DNA of 64,000 bases from Carcharhinus amblyrhynchos (taxonomy: Eukaryota). The position numbers and the translations under genes were made by a program. Location of the stretch: positions 38,068,001-38,132,000 of the forward strand of contig OZ336892.1 of assembly GCA_965287045.1 (NCBI GenBank), given 5' to 3'. The notes under the pieces are model-generated. The model had not been told where the DNA came from, did no database searches, and worked only from the letters and a program-made list of their open reading frames with translations. Each line of letters begins with the position of its first letter. The first letter of the stretch is position 1. Below are positions 1 through 11,775 of this stretch, in pieces.

Positions 1-380
1 GTGTCACAGTCAGTCTCCAGCTACCAGACTATCCATAACATCAGCTTCCCTTCTGACCTTGAGATGTGCTCTGACCTCACATCCTCTCCATCACCAAGAC
101 CACCTACAATCATCTCCATAACACTGACTCTGCCCTGTGTCAGCACATCTGCTGCCGAAAGCTTCACTCTTGCTTTTACTATCTGACAGTTCATTTCCTC
201 TGCTCACTGCATCTTCCATCCTACGTAAACTTGAGATCAGTCACCACTCTGCTGAGTTCCATTCAGCCATTACTTCCATGTTTGCTAAGCAACACTGGCT
301 CCCAATTCACCAACATCCCAAATTTAAAATCTCTTCCTCATATTCAAACTTCCCCATGTCCTTTCCTTTCTACCATCTCC
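1..380 (+). mobile_element. Decayed L2-type LINE fragment
   Basis: Resembles L2 ORF2 3' region (tctgctgccgaaagc..., cactggctccca..., aatttaaaatc). Recognised by eye. Confidence 0.5.
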
Positions 381-389
381 AGCCCTGCA

Positions 390-1670
390 GCACAAGAAAT
401 AGAAGTAGGACTGGACTAGATGGTTTATCGAGCTTGCTCCACCACTCAATACATTCATGACTGATCTTCATTTTCCTGCCTGCTCTCTATACCCCATTCC
501 CTGAAACCCAAAGATCTGCGTATTCCAACCTTAAATGTATTCAATGATGGAGCATTCACAGTCCTCTGGGGTACTGAGTGAAGTAATTTCTCCTCATTTC
601 AAACCTAAATGATCAACCCTTTATCCTGAGACTGTGTCCCCCTTGGAACCCTGCCTCCTTGTTTTAGATACCCCAACCAGTGAAAAGAAGCATTCACCCC
701 ATTAAGACTCTTCAGAATCCTGTATGTTCAATAAGATCACCTCTCATTCTTCCAAAGTCTACCAAACAAAAGCCCAATATACTCACCTCTCATCACAGGA
801 CAATCCTCTCAACCCATGGACCAATTTAATGAACCTTCTGCTGTACTGCCTTCAATGCAAGTATATCCTTTCCTAAATGTGGAGACCAAAACTTCACCAG
901 GTCCCCTAGAGGTGGCCCTCCTGGATCTCTGTGCTAATCCAATTCTGGCCTCCTGTGGGTCTGCCACTTTCTTCATCCAGTAAAACAAGCCTTGTCTGTC
1001 CAACCTTTCCTCATAAGACAACCCATTCATTCCATGTAGCGACCTGGTAAACCTCCTTCAAACCAAATCTAATACATTTAAATCCTTCCTTAAATAAGGA
1101 GACCAAACTTCTGTTTGTCTCACCAATTTTCTATATAACTGAAGCTTAACATTCTTTACGTTCAATTCTTATAATAAAGGATAGCATTCCATTAGCTTTC
1201 TTAATTACATACTGTGCCTGAATAGTTAATCACCAATAGTGGGTTCTCCCTTTAGAATTTTTCTTCCTTGTAAGAATATACTTATTCTGGGTATTCTGAA
1301 ATATCCCCTTAAATTTCTGCCACCGTTTCTCTGTTGATCTATCCCCAAAACACAGTATCCCAGTTCACTTCAGCTAGCTCAGCTTTCCTGCCCACATTGT
1401 TGCTCTTATTTAAGTTTAAAATGCCAACCTTAGACCCACTCTTCTGCATTTCAAACTGGGTGCAAAATTCAGGTATATTTTGGTCACTGCTACCTAGGGG
1501 CACCTTTACCCTGAGATCATTAATTAATCCTATCACATTCCACAATACCAAGTCTAATAAAACCTGCTCTCTGCTTAGTTCTGGAATATGCTGCTCTAAG
1601 AAACTCTCACAAAAACATTCTGTGAACTCCTTATCCAGGCTACTATTGCCGACCTGATTTTTCCAGTTTA
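390..1670 (-). mobile_element. Decayed CR1 (HER1-like) LINE fragments
   Basis: Minus-strand ORF remnants MNGLSYEERLDRQGL and EFTECFCESFLEQHIPELSREQVLLDLVL...LGSSDQN match CR1 ORF2 motifs. Confidence 0.8.
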
Positions 1671-2863
1671 TTATTGCAAAAATATACTTCAATTCATAAA
1701 ACATCTGAAAGAACATTACAACTATTTCAAAACGGCCAGACAAAGCGCAGTAATATTCCAGTTCTCCACATCACGTTGCACTTGGTGTTTTAGTCCCGTC
1801 AAAGAACAGTTATAGATATTTCAAAATGGTCATTACAAAGGGTGCAAAGGTGTTTAAGTTATCTACCTAGAGTGAGTTGCACGCTGAGGTGGTTTCATAC
1901 AATTGTGGTGTAGGCAATATTCACCATAAGCATAGAATAAGTCATACAGCCAGAGGGTGAGCTGTACAATTCATTCCCCTCAGCCTGCTATGGCTGAAAG
2001 GTTTTAAAGATAGCAACCTTCTCCATTATGTTAACCATGATTATAGCCATCCCTTAATCAGGCGCACCCAATACATTTTCTTGTATACATTACCCCACAT
2101 TATAGTCAGGAGGCCTGTAGACCACATCCATTAGTGACTTCTTTCCCCTACTATTCCTCATCTCTATCCAGATCAATTCCACATCCTGACCTCTTGAACC
2201 AATGCCAACCCCTCCACATTTACCTAGCTTCCTAATCTTCTTAAATGTCAAATATCCCTCAATCTTCAGGACTCAATCCTGTTCATTCTGTAGCCACAGC
2301 TCTGTATTGGCTATTAGGCCATATTTATTTACTTCAATGAGTACTATCAATTCACTTATTTTGTTACGAATGCTTTGTGTATTCAAGTACAGAGCCTTTA
2401 CTTTTTGTTATCTTTGTAACATCTAGCCTCGATTGTGGAATTTTTAGGATTTTCTCTACCTTCTCCTCCTGCCATTCGCTGATGCTTATTTCCCAATTTA
2501 CTATTTTCCTCCCTTTGTTTCTATTCTTTGATATACCACATCTTTTTATATTTGATCCCTTGTCCTACTATTTAGTTTAAACCCTCTCTACTTCCCTGTT
2601 TTTGAGATTTGCAAAATCACAGTTCGGGTGTAGGCCATCCCAACAGGACAGCCAGTACTGTTCCCAGTACCCCACAAAACCAGAACCCACTTCACCTACA
2701 CCAGTCTTTGAGTCACTCTGCTGCCCCTATTAAATACATTAATGAGGCTCCCATCTGCTTCAGTCAAAACAGAATTAAAACCAATCCTTGAATGTCTGAA
2801 TAGGGTGAAATGTCACACAAAGTTGCAGCTGGTTTGTCATACAGGTATTTCCTGGAACCTTAC

Positions 2864-2950
2864 CTGATCTGTCAGACAGATACTGTGTGTGTCCATCTTG
2901 GAGCCTGTTGAGAGAATCCACTGTAGCTTGACATCTCGTGATAAGATAAT
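2864..2950 (-). CDS. HIP1: HIP1 coding exon (about exon 20)
   Basis: 87 nt, gcag|AT...G|gtaagg. Translates DYLITRCQATVDSLNRLQDGHTQYLSDRS. Confidence 0.92.
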
Positions 2951-3939
2951 CTGCAGGAAGCAATTGATTACAGTAAGGATTGCAGTAGGTTATGCGTTTC
3001 TCTCATTAAGTTGACTCGAGCTGCAGTAATCATACAATGTGTGGCATGAGAAAGGTGTTATCTAGGGATAGTGAACAGCTGGGCATTACCGTGTAAGTCA
3101 CACAATCTTTGCAGATCCAGGATAATTTTCCAAGCGAGATTCTTGGTATGCAGCCTCACAAAGTGGGAGTGGCTGATACTGTACTACCTTCATCACATTA
3201 TAATCCCATCTCCAACTCACACTGTGTCTAGCAAGGCACCATGCTAGGAACAGGCTCTCACAGTTGACCTTCTGACTTTTACCAAAGTCAGAGTTCATTT
3301 TGAGGACACAGTGAGTGGCTGAGCTGATTCCACCCATTTCTGTGAGCAAGAGTTGTGCGTCCCAACAGCGGTGGAATTAAAAGCAGCAACGTGCAGTTAC
3401 TGTTTGATATTGCTCATATTCCACAGGGATAAAGCTATGGTGCTCTAGTTCAATGATCATTGCTGCTGGATTTGACTCACTGCACAGTTAACTGAACATC
3501 CAAAATGATTTTATCTATCACTGACTATCCAGTCTGCCACGGGTCTGTAGGTATGTGCCACGACAACTGGATATTCCAGTACAGAACAGCACCTAAAGGT
3601 GTCTGAGCAAGTCACAGGGAGAGACACTTGTAGATTTCACTACCTCTGTCCTGACTGTCCGCATCTCAGCTATCAACAGGATGAAAGGGTAAATTCGGAT
3701 TCTAGCTTTCTATAGAACAACAGAGTCAGCTAATGACATTAACTCAGAAAGCTTGCAAGAGCTTTCACTTTTCTCAGCAGTTCAGGGAATTGGCAAGATG
3801 TTCTGATGTAATGAGGACCAAAGATACTCATGCTGGGCTCCATTTGAACTGTGGTTGAAGGACAACAATATTCTAGCCCTAATGTGCTTCCCTGAAGCGC
3901 ATTTCAACTGGGTGTGTTTTACTGTTGTCAGATAAGTTC

Positions 3940-4237
3940 AAGTTCATTTTAGTGTCACAAGTAGGCATGCATTAACATTGCAATGAAGTTACTGTGAAAA
4001 TCCCCTAGTCGCCACACTCTGGTGCCTGTTCAGGTACACTGAGGGAGAATTTAGAATGGTCAATGCACCTAACCAGCACATCTTTCAGACTGTGCAAGGA
4101 AACCAGAGCACCCACAGGAAACCCAAGTAGATGCGAGGAGAATGTGTAGACTCTACACAGACAGTAACCTAAGCCGAGAATCGAATCTGGGTCACCTGGC
4201 GCAGTGAAGGTGCACTTTTAACCACTGTGCCACCCTG
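3940..4237 (-). mobile_element. tRNA-headed V-SINE/HE1-type SINE (duplicated copy)
   Basis: Reverse complement has A-box gtggcacagtggtt, a B-box, core gggtttcct...gggtgctctggtttcc and tail ggggattttcacagtaacttcattgc. Confidence 0.8.
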
Positions 4238-4295
4238 TCAGAGACTGAATTTCTTACTGATAGATGAATCTGGACTACAGTCACTCAATGCTCAC

Positions 4296-4468
4296 TTTTT
4301 CATTCAGCTGATTCTGCAGCCTCTCAACCGTTCGGCTGGTATTGTCCCTCTCTGCTGATAGAGTCTCCTTCAGCTACTCCAACTCAGCATGTAGTCTGGT
4401 TAATGTACTCTCCTTCTGATCAACAGCCTCACTTAATGCCTTCTTTTCTGATTGCAGGGATTCGATTG
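4296..4468 (-). pseudogene. Duplicated partial copy of HIP1 exon 5537-5731 with an in-frame TAG
   Basis: Near-identical to 5537-5709 at offset 1241. The donor gtgagc is retained. CAG has become TAG at 4376-4374. Confidence 0.9.
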
Positions 4469-4631
4469 CAAAAACAACTTTTTGCACTTAGGGAGTGCAG
4501 AAACAACTTTTTTCTATCTCAAACCTCAATCAACTTCAAAATCACTTCACACATCCTTATTATTAACTAATTAAACTACATTTTGGTTCAAATCCTGACC
4601 AGCCCCATCACCTCGTGCCTTCCGTATTTAC

Positions 4632-4779
4632 CTGCGGAGCTCGTGCAGCCAACGTGAAGGGGATCATCCAACCTGCTGAGTGCATCTTGAACAATTCCCT
4701 CTGCCTCCTCCAGTGCACAGCGCAGCAGAGCAAACTGCTCATCCAGCAGTTGCTTCTCCAGCGTTTGCTCATGGTTTTC
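4632..4779 (-). CDS. HIP1: HIP1 coding exon (about exon 19)
   Basis: 148 nt, ttag|GAA...G|gtaaat. Translates ENHEQTLEKQLLDEQFALLRCALEEAEGIVQDALSRLDDPLHVGCTSSA. Confidence 0.92.
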
Positions 4780-5180
4780 CTAAAGAATACAGAATGTGGG
4801 ATGTCACCACGGTCTGTTTGAAACATATACAGCCAGTCCAGTTACACAGCAGAAACACAAACGCCACCCAGTCTGGGATGTCGGGGTCTGGGTGGCTTGT
4901 GTGAAATTGTTGCAGAGAGCGCACAGGAACATGGAGAGACAATCTGGTGCAGTTACTACAACTCTCATTACTAAGTAGTTCAGCACACAATCTAGACCAA
5001 TACTTCAGTTCTGTACAGAGGGGATGCTGTATTATCAGCAAGTGTTGCCCTTTAGGTAATATTTTAAATGGTTCTGGTGGATGTTAAAAATCCATCCAAA
5101 AAAAAAACACAGCCACAAGCAGAATATTCACCCCAGTGCGCATTTCAACTGGGTGTGCTTTACTGTTGTCAGATAAGTTC

Positions 5181-5478
5181 AAGTTCATTTTAGTGTCACA
5201 AGTGGGCATGCATTAACATTGCAATCAAGTTACTGTGAAAATCCCCTAGTCGCCACACTCCGGTGCCTGTTCGGGTACACTGAGGGAGAATTTAGAACGG
5301 TCAATGCACCTAACCAGCACATCTTTCAGACTGTGCAAGGAAACCACAGCACCCACAGGAAACCCAAGCACATGCGGGAAGAACGTGTAGACTCTACACA
5401 CACAATAACCTAAGCCGAGAATCGAACCTGGGTCGCCTGGCGCTGAGAAGGTGCACTTTTAACCACTGTGCCACCCTG
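5181..5478 (-). mobile_element. tRNA-headed V-SINE/HE1-type SINE
   Basis: Same structure as 3940-4237, with B-box ggttcgattc. Confidence 0.8.
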
Positions 5479-5536
5479 TCAGAGACTGAATTTCTTACTG
5501 ATACATGAATCCGGACTACAATCATTCAATGCTCAC

Positions 5537-5731
5537 TTTTTCATTCAGCTGATTCTGCAGTCCCTCAACCGTTCGGCTGGTATTGTCCCTCTCTGCTGAT
5601 AGAGTCTCCTTCAGCTGCTCCAACTCAGCATGTAGTCTGGTTAATGTACTCTCCTTCTGATCAACAGCCTCACTTAATGCCTTCTTTTCTGATGTCAGGG
5701 ATTCAATTGTTGATGCCATAACTGTGCTTGC
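5537..5731 (-). CDS. HIP1: HIP1 coding exon (about exon 18)
   Basis: 195 nt, polypyrimidine tract then ttag|GCA...AAA|gtgagc. Translates ASTVMASTIESLTSEKKALSEAVDQKESTLTRLHAELEQLKETLSAERDNTSRTVEGLQNQLNEK. Confidence 0.9.
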
Positions 5732-6344
5732 CTAACAGAGAGAGGAGAAACAAAGTGAGAAAGTATTCTGAACTTTACTGAACAAAATAAACACATACTT
5801 CCACAGTGTTTTAAAGCTTAAAAACAAATTAAAAGGGATTGAAAGGTAATTTTTTAAAAAGTATTTTATTTGTCCCTTTTTTAAAAAAAGGGATGTTATA
5901 TAGTAATGTGTACACCACAATGAAGCAAACACGAATACACTTTCAATTTTTAATAACAATTGAACTGTTTTACATTGTTGCAATTGCATTTTAGTTTTGT
6001 TATACGTTTAAGCAGTTGCAAGGTTGCTTTAAGAGCTGTTCACATGATTTGACGGTGATGTCATTGGGGTGTTTTATGCAGGCAAACTGTACAGGTTTTA
6101 CTATCAGTTTGTACTCTGAGCAGTGCTAAGAACATCTCTTTCAATGAAATCTTTATGGTAGTTGTGTTAGTTTGAATCTGCTTGTGGAAACTATGTCTTT
6201 TCTTTTTGTGCAAAACCCACAACTCCTAACATAGGACATTGCAAGTCTGAATTCTGTTGTTAACTTTGTGCAAAGTTTGATAGAAAGGATAAAAAACAAA
6301 CATTTGAATGAATGGTCATAGACCTCAAACGTAAACACTTTCTT

Positions 6345-7470
6345 TCTAGGCGCACAGGAGCAGGAGTTGAACATCCAGCCCTTCAGCCTGTTTTGCCTAT
6401 CAATTAGATCTTGGTAGATGTGTTGTAGTTTAACTACATCGACCTGTCTTCGTCCCATAATCCTTAACACTTTTGCCCAAGTCTAGCAATCTCCATTCTG
6501 AAATTCTCAATTGACCTCTGCCTTGGCAGTATTTTTAAGAGAGTGCTCGAGATCTCACAAGCCTCTGAGTAAGAAATATAGGAACAATGGTAGACCATTT
6601 GGCCCTCAAGTCTACTCCACCCCTCAGCTAGATCATGGCTGATCTTTATCTCAATACCATTTTCTGAGTATAAAAGTGCTTCCTGACATCAACCCTGAAA
6701 GGCCTAGCTTTAATTTTCTAGTTATTCCCCCTTGTTCTGGACTAGGCAGCTTTTCTCCATATTCCATATCAACTCCTTTAATCATCTCAGAAGACCTCAA
6801 TTGGATCATTCCTCACTCTTCTACATTCAAGGAAATACAAACCTAGTGAGTGCAACCAGTCCGTATAATGTAAGCCTTTAACTTTTGCAGGTGATAACTG
6901 AATGCTTGCAGCATGTTCCGTTTTCATAAAGGAACACAGGGTTAGAAATATAGGAACAATGGTAGACCATTTGGCCCTCAATTCCACTCAGCTAGATCAT
7001 AGCTGATCTTTATCTCGATACCATTTTCTGCACTATCCCTTGAAATCATTGAAATCTATAAATATAGATATAAATGAGCCTCTGCAATCCTTTTTTGAAT
7101 TTTGTATGCTTCAAAAAGATCACCTCTCATTCTTCTAAGCTCTAGGGAGTACAGGTTCAATCTCCTCAATTTCTGCTCTGCCCCAGATGGACCTTTGCTA
7201 CATTGTTGCAAGAATATGTTTCCTTGGGTAAGGAGACCAAAATTGTGCACAATAGTCCAAATGTGGTCTCACCCAGGCTTTATACAACTCCAGCAGGATT
7301 TCCTTATTCCGTACTCAAATCCTCTTGTAATAAAAACCAACGTTCCATTTGCCTTCCTAATCGCTTGTTGCATCTTCACATTAACTTTCAGTGACTTATG
7401 AACAAGGACACCCAGGTCCCTCTGGGCATCATCATTCCCAATCTCTCACAAAGTAACAGTTACTCTGTAT
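6345..7470 (-). mobile_element. Cluster of CR1 3'-end fragments
   Basis: LRRLNLYSLELRRMRGDLFEAYKI and LHSLGLYFLECRRVRNDPIEVF. A 3' UTR segment is repeated at about 6572-6665 and 6943-7030. Confidence 0.8.
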
Positions 7471-8085
7471 TTCTGTTAACTGAATAAAATGACTTGACTA
7501 TAATCATTGGTTGTTTAAATAAAACTTTGCGACACGTATAGATAGTTAGACCAATATGAGACAAATGAATCTAAATCCAAGTTAAAGACTCTTTCAATCA
7601 GAGACATTAGTGAATGAACTACACTGCCTCCAACCTCTGCAATGTTTCCCTTTGCATTCACAAAATAACTGTGTGCTTCCCACATGCCGAAGCACCTCAC
7701 ACACTTGTTAGAGCAAATTTCAACTCTGATTCAGCAAGCATCACTCTCATTGCACAGACTTTGACCTTATCAGCATAGTGGCCATGTTCAGGTCAACGTC
7801 TCGAGAATCACAATAATGATCTCGCTTGTATTACCAGCCGCACTCACTAAAAGGTTGAGGTCATCGCTTCAGATTCTGGCTCTCATCTCAAAATGATTTT
7901 CCATCATGAATGACAGCAATGTGAATATCATCTTGACATTTCAGTTTGAAATGCAGCCCTACTGGGGAAGTTAAAAAAGCCAGGAGCCACCTCCTCTCCT
8001 GCTCAGCACACCTCAAACAGCAAATGCCTAACCTCTATACAGCAAGGGTGGGGAAGTGGGAGGGTGATTGTCACCTGAAGAAATA

Positions 8086-8172
8086 CCCCCCCCCCGCCCG
8101 CCCCCCCCGCCCCGCCCGCCCCCTGCACCCCCCCGCCCCGCCCCCCCACTGCACCCCCCCGCCCCGCCCCCC
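8086..8172. repeat. C-rich low-complexity tract (G-rich on the HIP1 sense strand)
   Basis: Runs of C interrupted by g/gca. Confidence 0.9.
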
Positions 8173-8625
8173 AAATTTGCCAATCTCAATCAGTGCTCCT
8201 AAGCTGCTGCTTTGCATCTGACCCATGCTTCCCTTGTCAGGAGTGACAGCTGGGGAGAGTGGACATAGACTGGTGCATTTAATTTAATCATGCATAACAC
8301 CACATCCAACAGTAATCCTCTCAACAAGTACACGCTACAGATTTGCCAGCAGATGTGGGTGATCATGAGCCCATTTTTCCTTTTTATTCTCTGGGGTGCT
8401 CAGGTTGCTTACAGCATCTCAATTTCTACCTCAACCGAAGTCAGGTAGTGCAACAAAAGAGATCTGAACCAAACGTGAGATGCTCTGGTTTGGATGGTCC
8501 AGTTCACAGCCCTGTCTGAATAACTTTAAACTTTTTTTTAGTTTAACTTACTTGGACTAACCAAACGGAACAAAGAGTTCTTGACCCCCAGCCTCTAAGA
8601 TTGGAGGCTGCAAATGTAACCTCAC

Positions 8626-8727
8626 CTGCTGGGAGTCAGCATGCGAGCTTTTCAGGGTTTCCAACACTTCATTCTTGGATCGGAGTTCCTTCTGCAGGGA
8701 TTCGAGGGCACATGTCTGCTCCTGAGC
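8626..8727 (-). CDS. HIP1: HIP1 coding exon (about exon 17)
   Basis: 102 nt, ctacag|GCT...CAG|gtgagg. Translates AQEQTCALESLQKELRSKNEVLETLKSSHADSQQ. Confidence 0.9.
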
Positions 8728-9441
8728 CTGTAGTTTCAGCAAAGAGAAATTTATCAGCAGGAAAGCCAGCGGACTGACTGCAATTTCACATTTTCAAAGA
8801 GTTGAAAAGGCTCCAGAAAAAATAAGCCCCAGTCTCAGGAGGAAAAAAAATCCTTCCCTTTACACATCTCCACATCAATGCCAACAAATGATCCATTACC
8901 CAGTAGAAATGCAACCAACTACATCTCTGTTCAGCAGCCTCTGCCAGAACTGTCTGTGGATGCATAGGAATGGGTTTGGCTGTTGGTCAAAGGTCCTGCC
9001 AACATGTGAGCAACAGCTTGCACTTGTGCAATGCCTTTAACATAGGGAGGTGTTTCACTGGAATGTTATCACACAAAACGTGACACTGAGCAGCACATAA
9101 TATTCAGATAGGTGGCGAAGATTTAGTCAGAGGTAGGTTTTGAGGAGCATCGTAAAATCAGAGTGAACTCAAGAGGCGGAGACGTTTAAGGAGGGGGGGG
9201 GGAGAGTTGGCAAGGTACTAGGGGATGGACGGCATTGCATGGAAGTAGATCCCAGCATGAGAGATGGAGCAAAGGTAAAGGAGGTCACAAATTCTGCAGA
9301 AGAGTGCAACAGATCGAAGATGAGTCTTCCTCTTTGCTGGATTAGGACCGCTGCACCAGCATTCGAGGTTACACAGGTCCTAAGCTCAATCATCACTGGA
9401 CAGGGATTCGTTCTGTGATCTGGTTTAGCTGTTTCACTCAC

Positions 9442-9558
9442 TTGCTGCTGAATATCCTCTTTCAGCTGATGTACTGTCTCCTCCAGCTCCTTCTTCACCT
9501 GCTCCATGTCCTCCTGCGTCTGGCGAAACGATGTCATTTGCTTTGTTACCTCTGCGTT
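9442..9558 (-). CDS. HIP1: HIP1 coding exon (about exon 16)
   Basis: 117 nt, atag|AAC...CAA|gtgagt. Translates NAEVTKQMTSFRQTQEDMEQVKKELEETVHQLKEDIQQQ. Confidence 0.93.
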
Positions 9559-11371
9559 CTATATGAATTAAAGCGGGAAACGTCAATGGGATAATCAGTC
9601 TGCACTTTCACATAAGAACACAAGAAATAGGAGCAGGAGTAGGCCATCCAGCCCTTCGAGCTTGCCCCGCCATTCAATAAGGTCATGGCTGATCTGTCGT
9701 GGCTCAGTTCCACATTCCCGCCCTCTCTCCCCATAACCCTTAATCCCCTCGCTTATCAAAAACCCATCAACCCGTGTCTTAAAAATATTTAGCGAGGCAC
9801 CTCACAGTAGGCCAGAGAACACATCCAGAGCATGCCTTGGCTCAGAGACACTCAACAGCAGAGTTCATCAGCATGCATCATTCTCAAACACCTCGTCTGA
9901 GTTGGTTAACAACCTCTTCAACAAAGATCATCCCTAAACCGTTTTGCCATGACCTCCACCTGCGTCTCCCCCACCCATCTCCACATCTTCAAAAGCCCCT
10001 CTCTCTCCAGACAGCTTCCTGAGAAGTACAAGAAGGCTTTTACCAGAATCATACAGCACTGAAGGGGCCATCTGACCCATCATGTTTGTGTCAGCTCTTT
10101 GAAAGACCCATCCAAATAGTATCATCTCTTGTTCTTTCCCGAGGGCACCCAAAGTTTTCTTTCTTCTATTTGTTTTTGCATCCACCACTTTGTCAGAGCA
10201 TTCTAGATCATCAGGACTTGCAGCCTAAAAAAACCACATCTTTCACGAATTTTCTTAAAGTCACTCTTGTTACAGATAAGACTGACTTTCTAATGTCTAC
10301 TCTCTCTGCCTCCCAGCTGCAACTAGTAATTCCTCCAGCCAGTTAAACTATTACGTCTTTGATTAATTCATTCTGATATCAATTACATGACTCAACTCCA
10401 GGTAATGCTTAACAGACTAGCCATGCTCCCAATATTACTGATTTAATTAACTGGCTTTTATCCTTGATCTATTTTTAATCATATATTCTAATGCTTACTT
10501 AATTAGTTGGCTTTGATATTGTCTACTTCAACAAATGTTTGTGTCTGATTATTGATTTAATTCCTCAGCTCCAATACTATTTATTTATTCATTCATGGGA
10601 TGTGTCATTAACCATAAAAGTCTATATACAGATATTCACAAAGAAAAACTGAGCAAATGCTACTCTACTGGTCAAGAATTATGGTCATGTTTTATTCCAA
10701 CATGGAGAATGTCCTCAGATGCAGCCGTTTATAAGCGTAATTCTTCTATGTAAACTGCTACCTTGACAACATCTTTTCTATGTTTCAGCCACCAGACCTC
10801 TCAAGTAACTCGGACAACATGCCCCTCATATGGGCTACTGATATCTCAGTGAGATCAGAGGTCCATAACCCATCTCCCCAACCAACCCCCGACTTAATGG
10901 GTTTCTTGCATTCTAACTGGGCAATGTGCTTCCAGCAAACTTTCCAAATCACTAAATTAGGTCAGAAATAATTTCTCAGGAGCACTCAAACCATACAATA
11001 TTAACACGTGTTTTGGTGAACAATAGGGTTTTATTGAAAGCATCTTTTATATGTTTTTCTTTTCAACTTATCTCTGCAGTCAGAAAGTTTATAGCAATCA
11101 CTTATTTCACATTTAAAGTAAGAGGGCATGAAAACAAGGAAAATCAGCTTGCAGCAAGAAGCAATAACAGTCAAAGTAGCAAGGTAGGTGTCAACTGCTC
11201 CATTCATTCATTGATTTCCTGCAGCCACTCCTATTCTATTAATTATTAAATCATTAGCATACCCACTGTTCCATTAATTTATTAGTCCACTTGTAATGAC
11301 AGTCCATTATTTATTTATGTTCCATCTACATCATTCATTTATTTGGACTTTGTTATCACACTTTACAAATG

Positions 11372-11486
11372 GCGGCATAGTGGCACAGTGGTTAGCACTG
11401 CTGTCTCTCAGTGCCAGGAACCTGGGTTCAATTCTGGTCTGTGTGGAGTCTGCACGTTCTCCATGGGTTTCCTCCAGGTGCTCCTG
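11372..11486 (+). mobile_element. V-SINE/HE1-type SINE, 5' part
   Basis: ggcggcatagtggcacagtggttagcactgctg...gggttcaattc...gggtttcctccaggtgctcc. Confidence 0.8.
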
Positions 11487-11695
11487 GGGGTTTGGGGGGG
11501 ATGGGGGTGGTTTAAAGTCACTGGGAGGTGGTGATGTGGCAGACATGTTGAGGACAGAGTTCCAGGGACAAGGATACACAGTGGCCTATCATTTATCTGC
11601 TCGTGCCTCCTTACAGCACACCTCCATTCTCCAGCCAAACTAATCCCAGCTGTCCAATAATCCAGCTACTTGGGAGGTTGTCTTCCTCTACTCTG

Positions 11696-11775
11696 GGTGG
11701 TGGTGGTGGTGGTAGTGTGTGTGTGCGCGAGTGTGCGCACACGCGCGCGTGTGGGGGGGGTAGGGTGGTGGTGTC
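11696..11775. repeat. Compound (GGT)n/(GT)n/(GC)n microsatellite
   Basis: ggtggtggtggtggt...gtgtgtgtgtgcgcgagtgtgcgcacacgcgcgcgtgtg. Confidence 0.85.

Larger units (their letters stand above)
3897..4468. repeat. 572-bp direct duplication of 5138-5709
   Basis: Both copies start gcgcatttcaactggg and end gggattc(g/a)attg, with a constant offset of 1241 and scattered substitutions. Confidence 0.95.

Noticed and set aside
3000-3890. Possible coding or integrase-like sequence
   Set aside because: The frames I examined contain stops or no recognisable motif, so I could not assign it.
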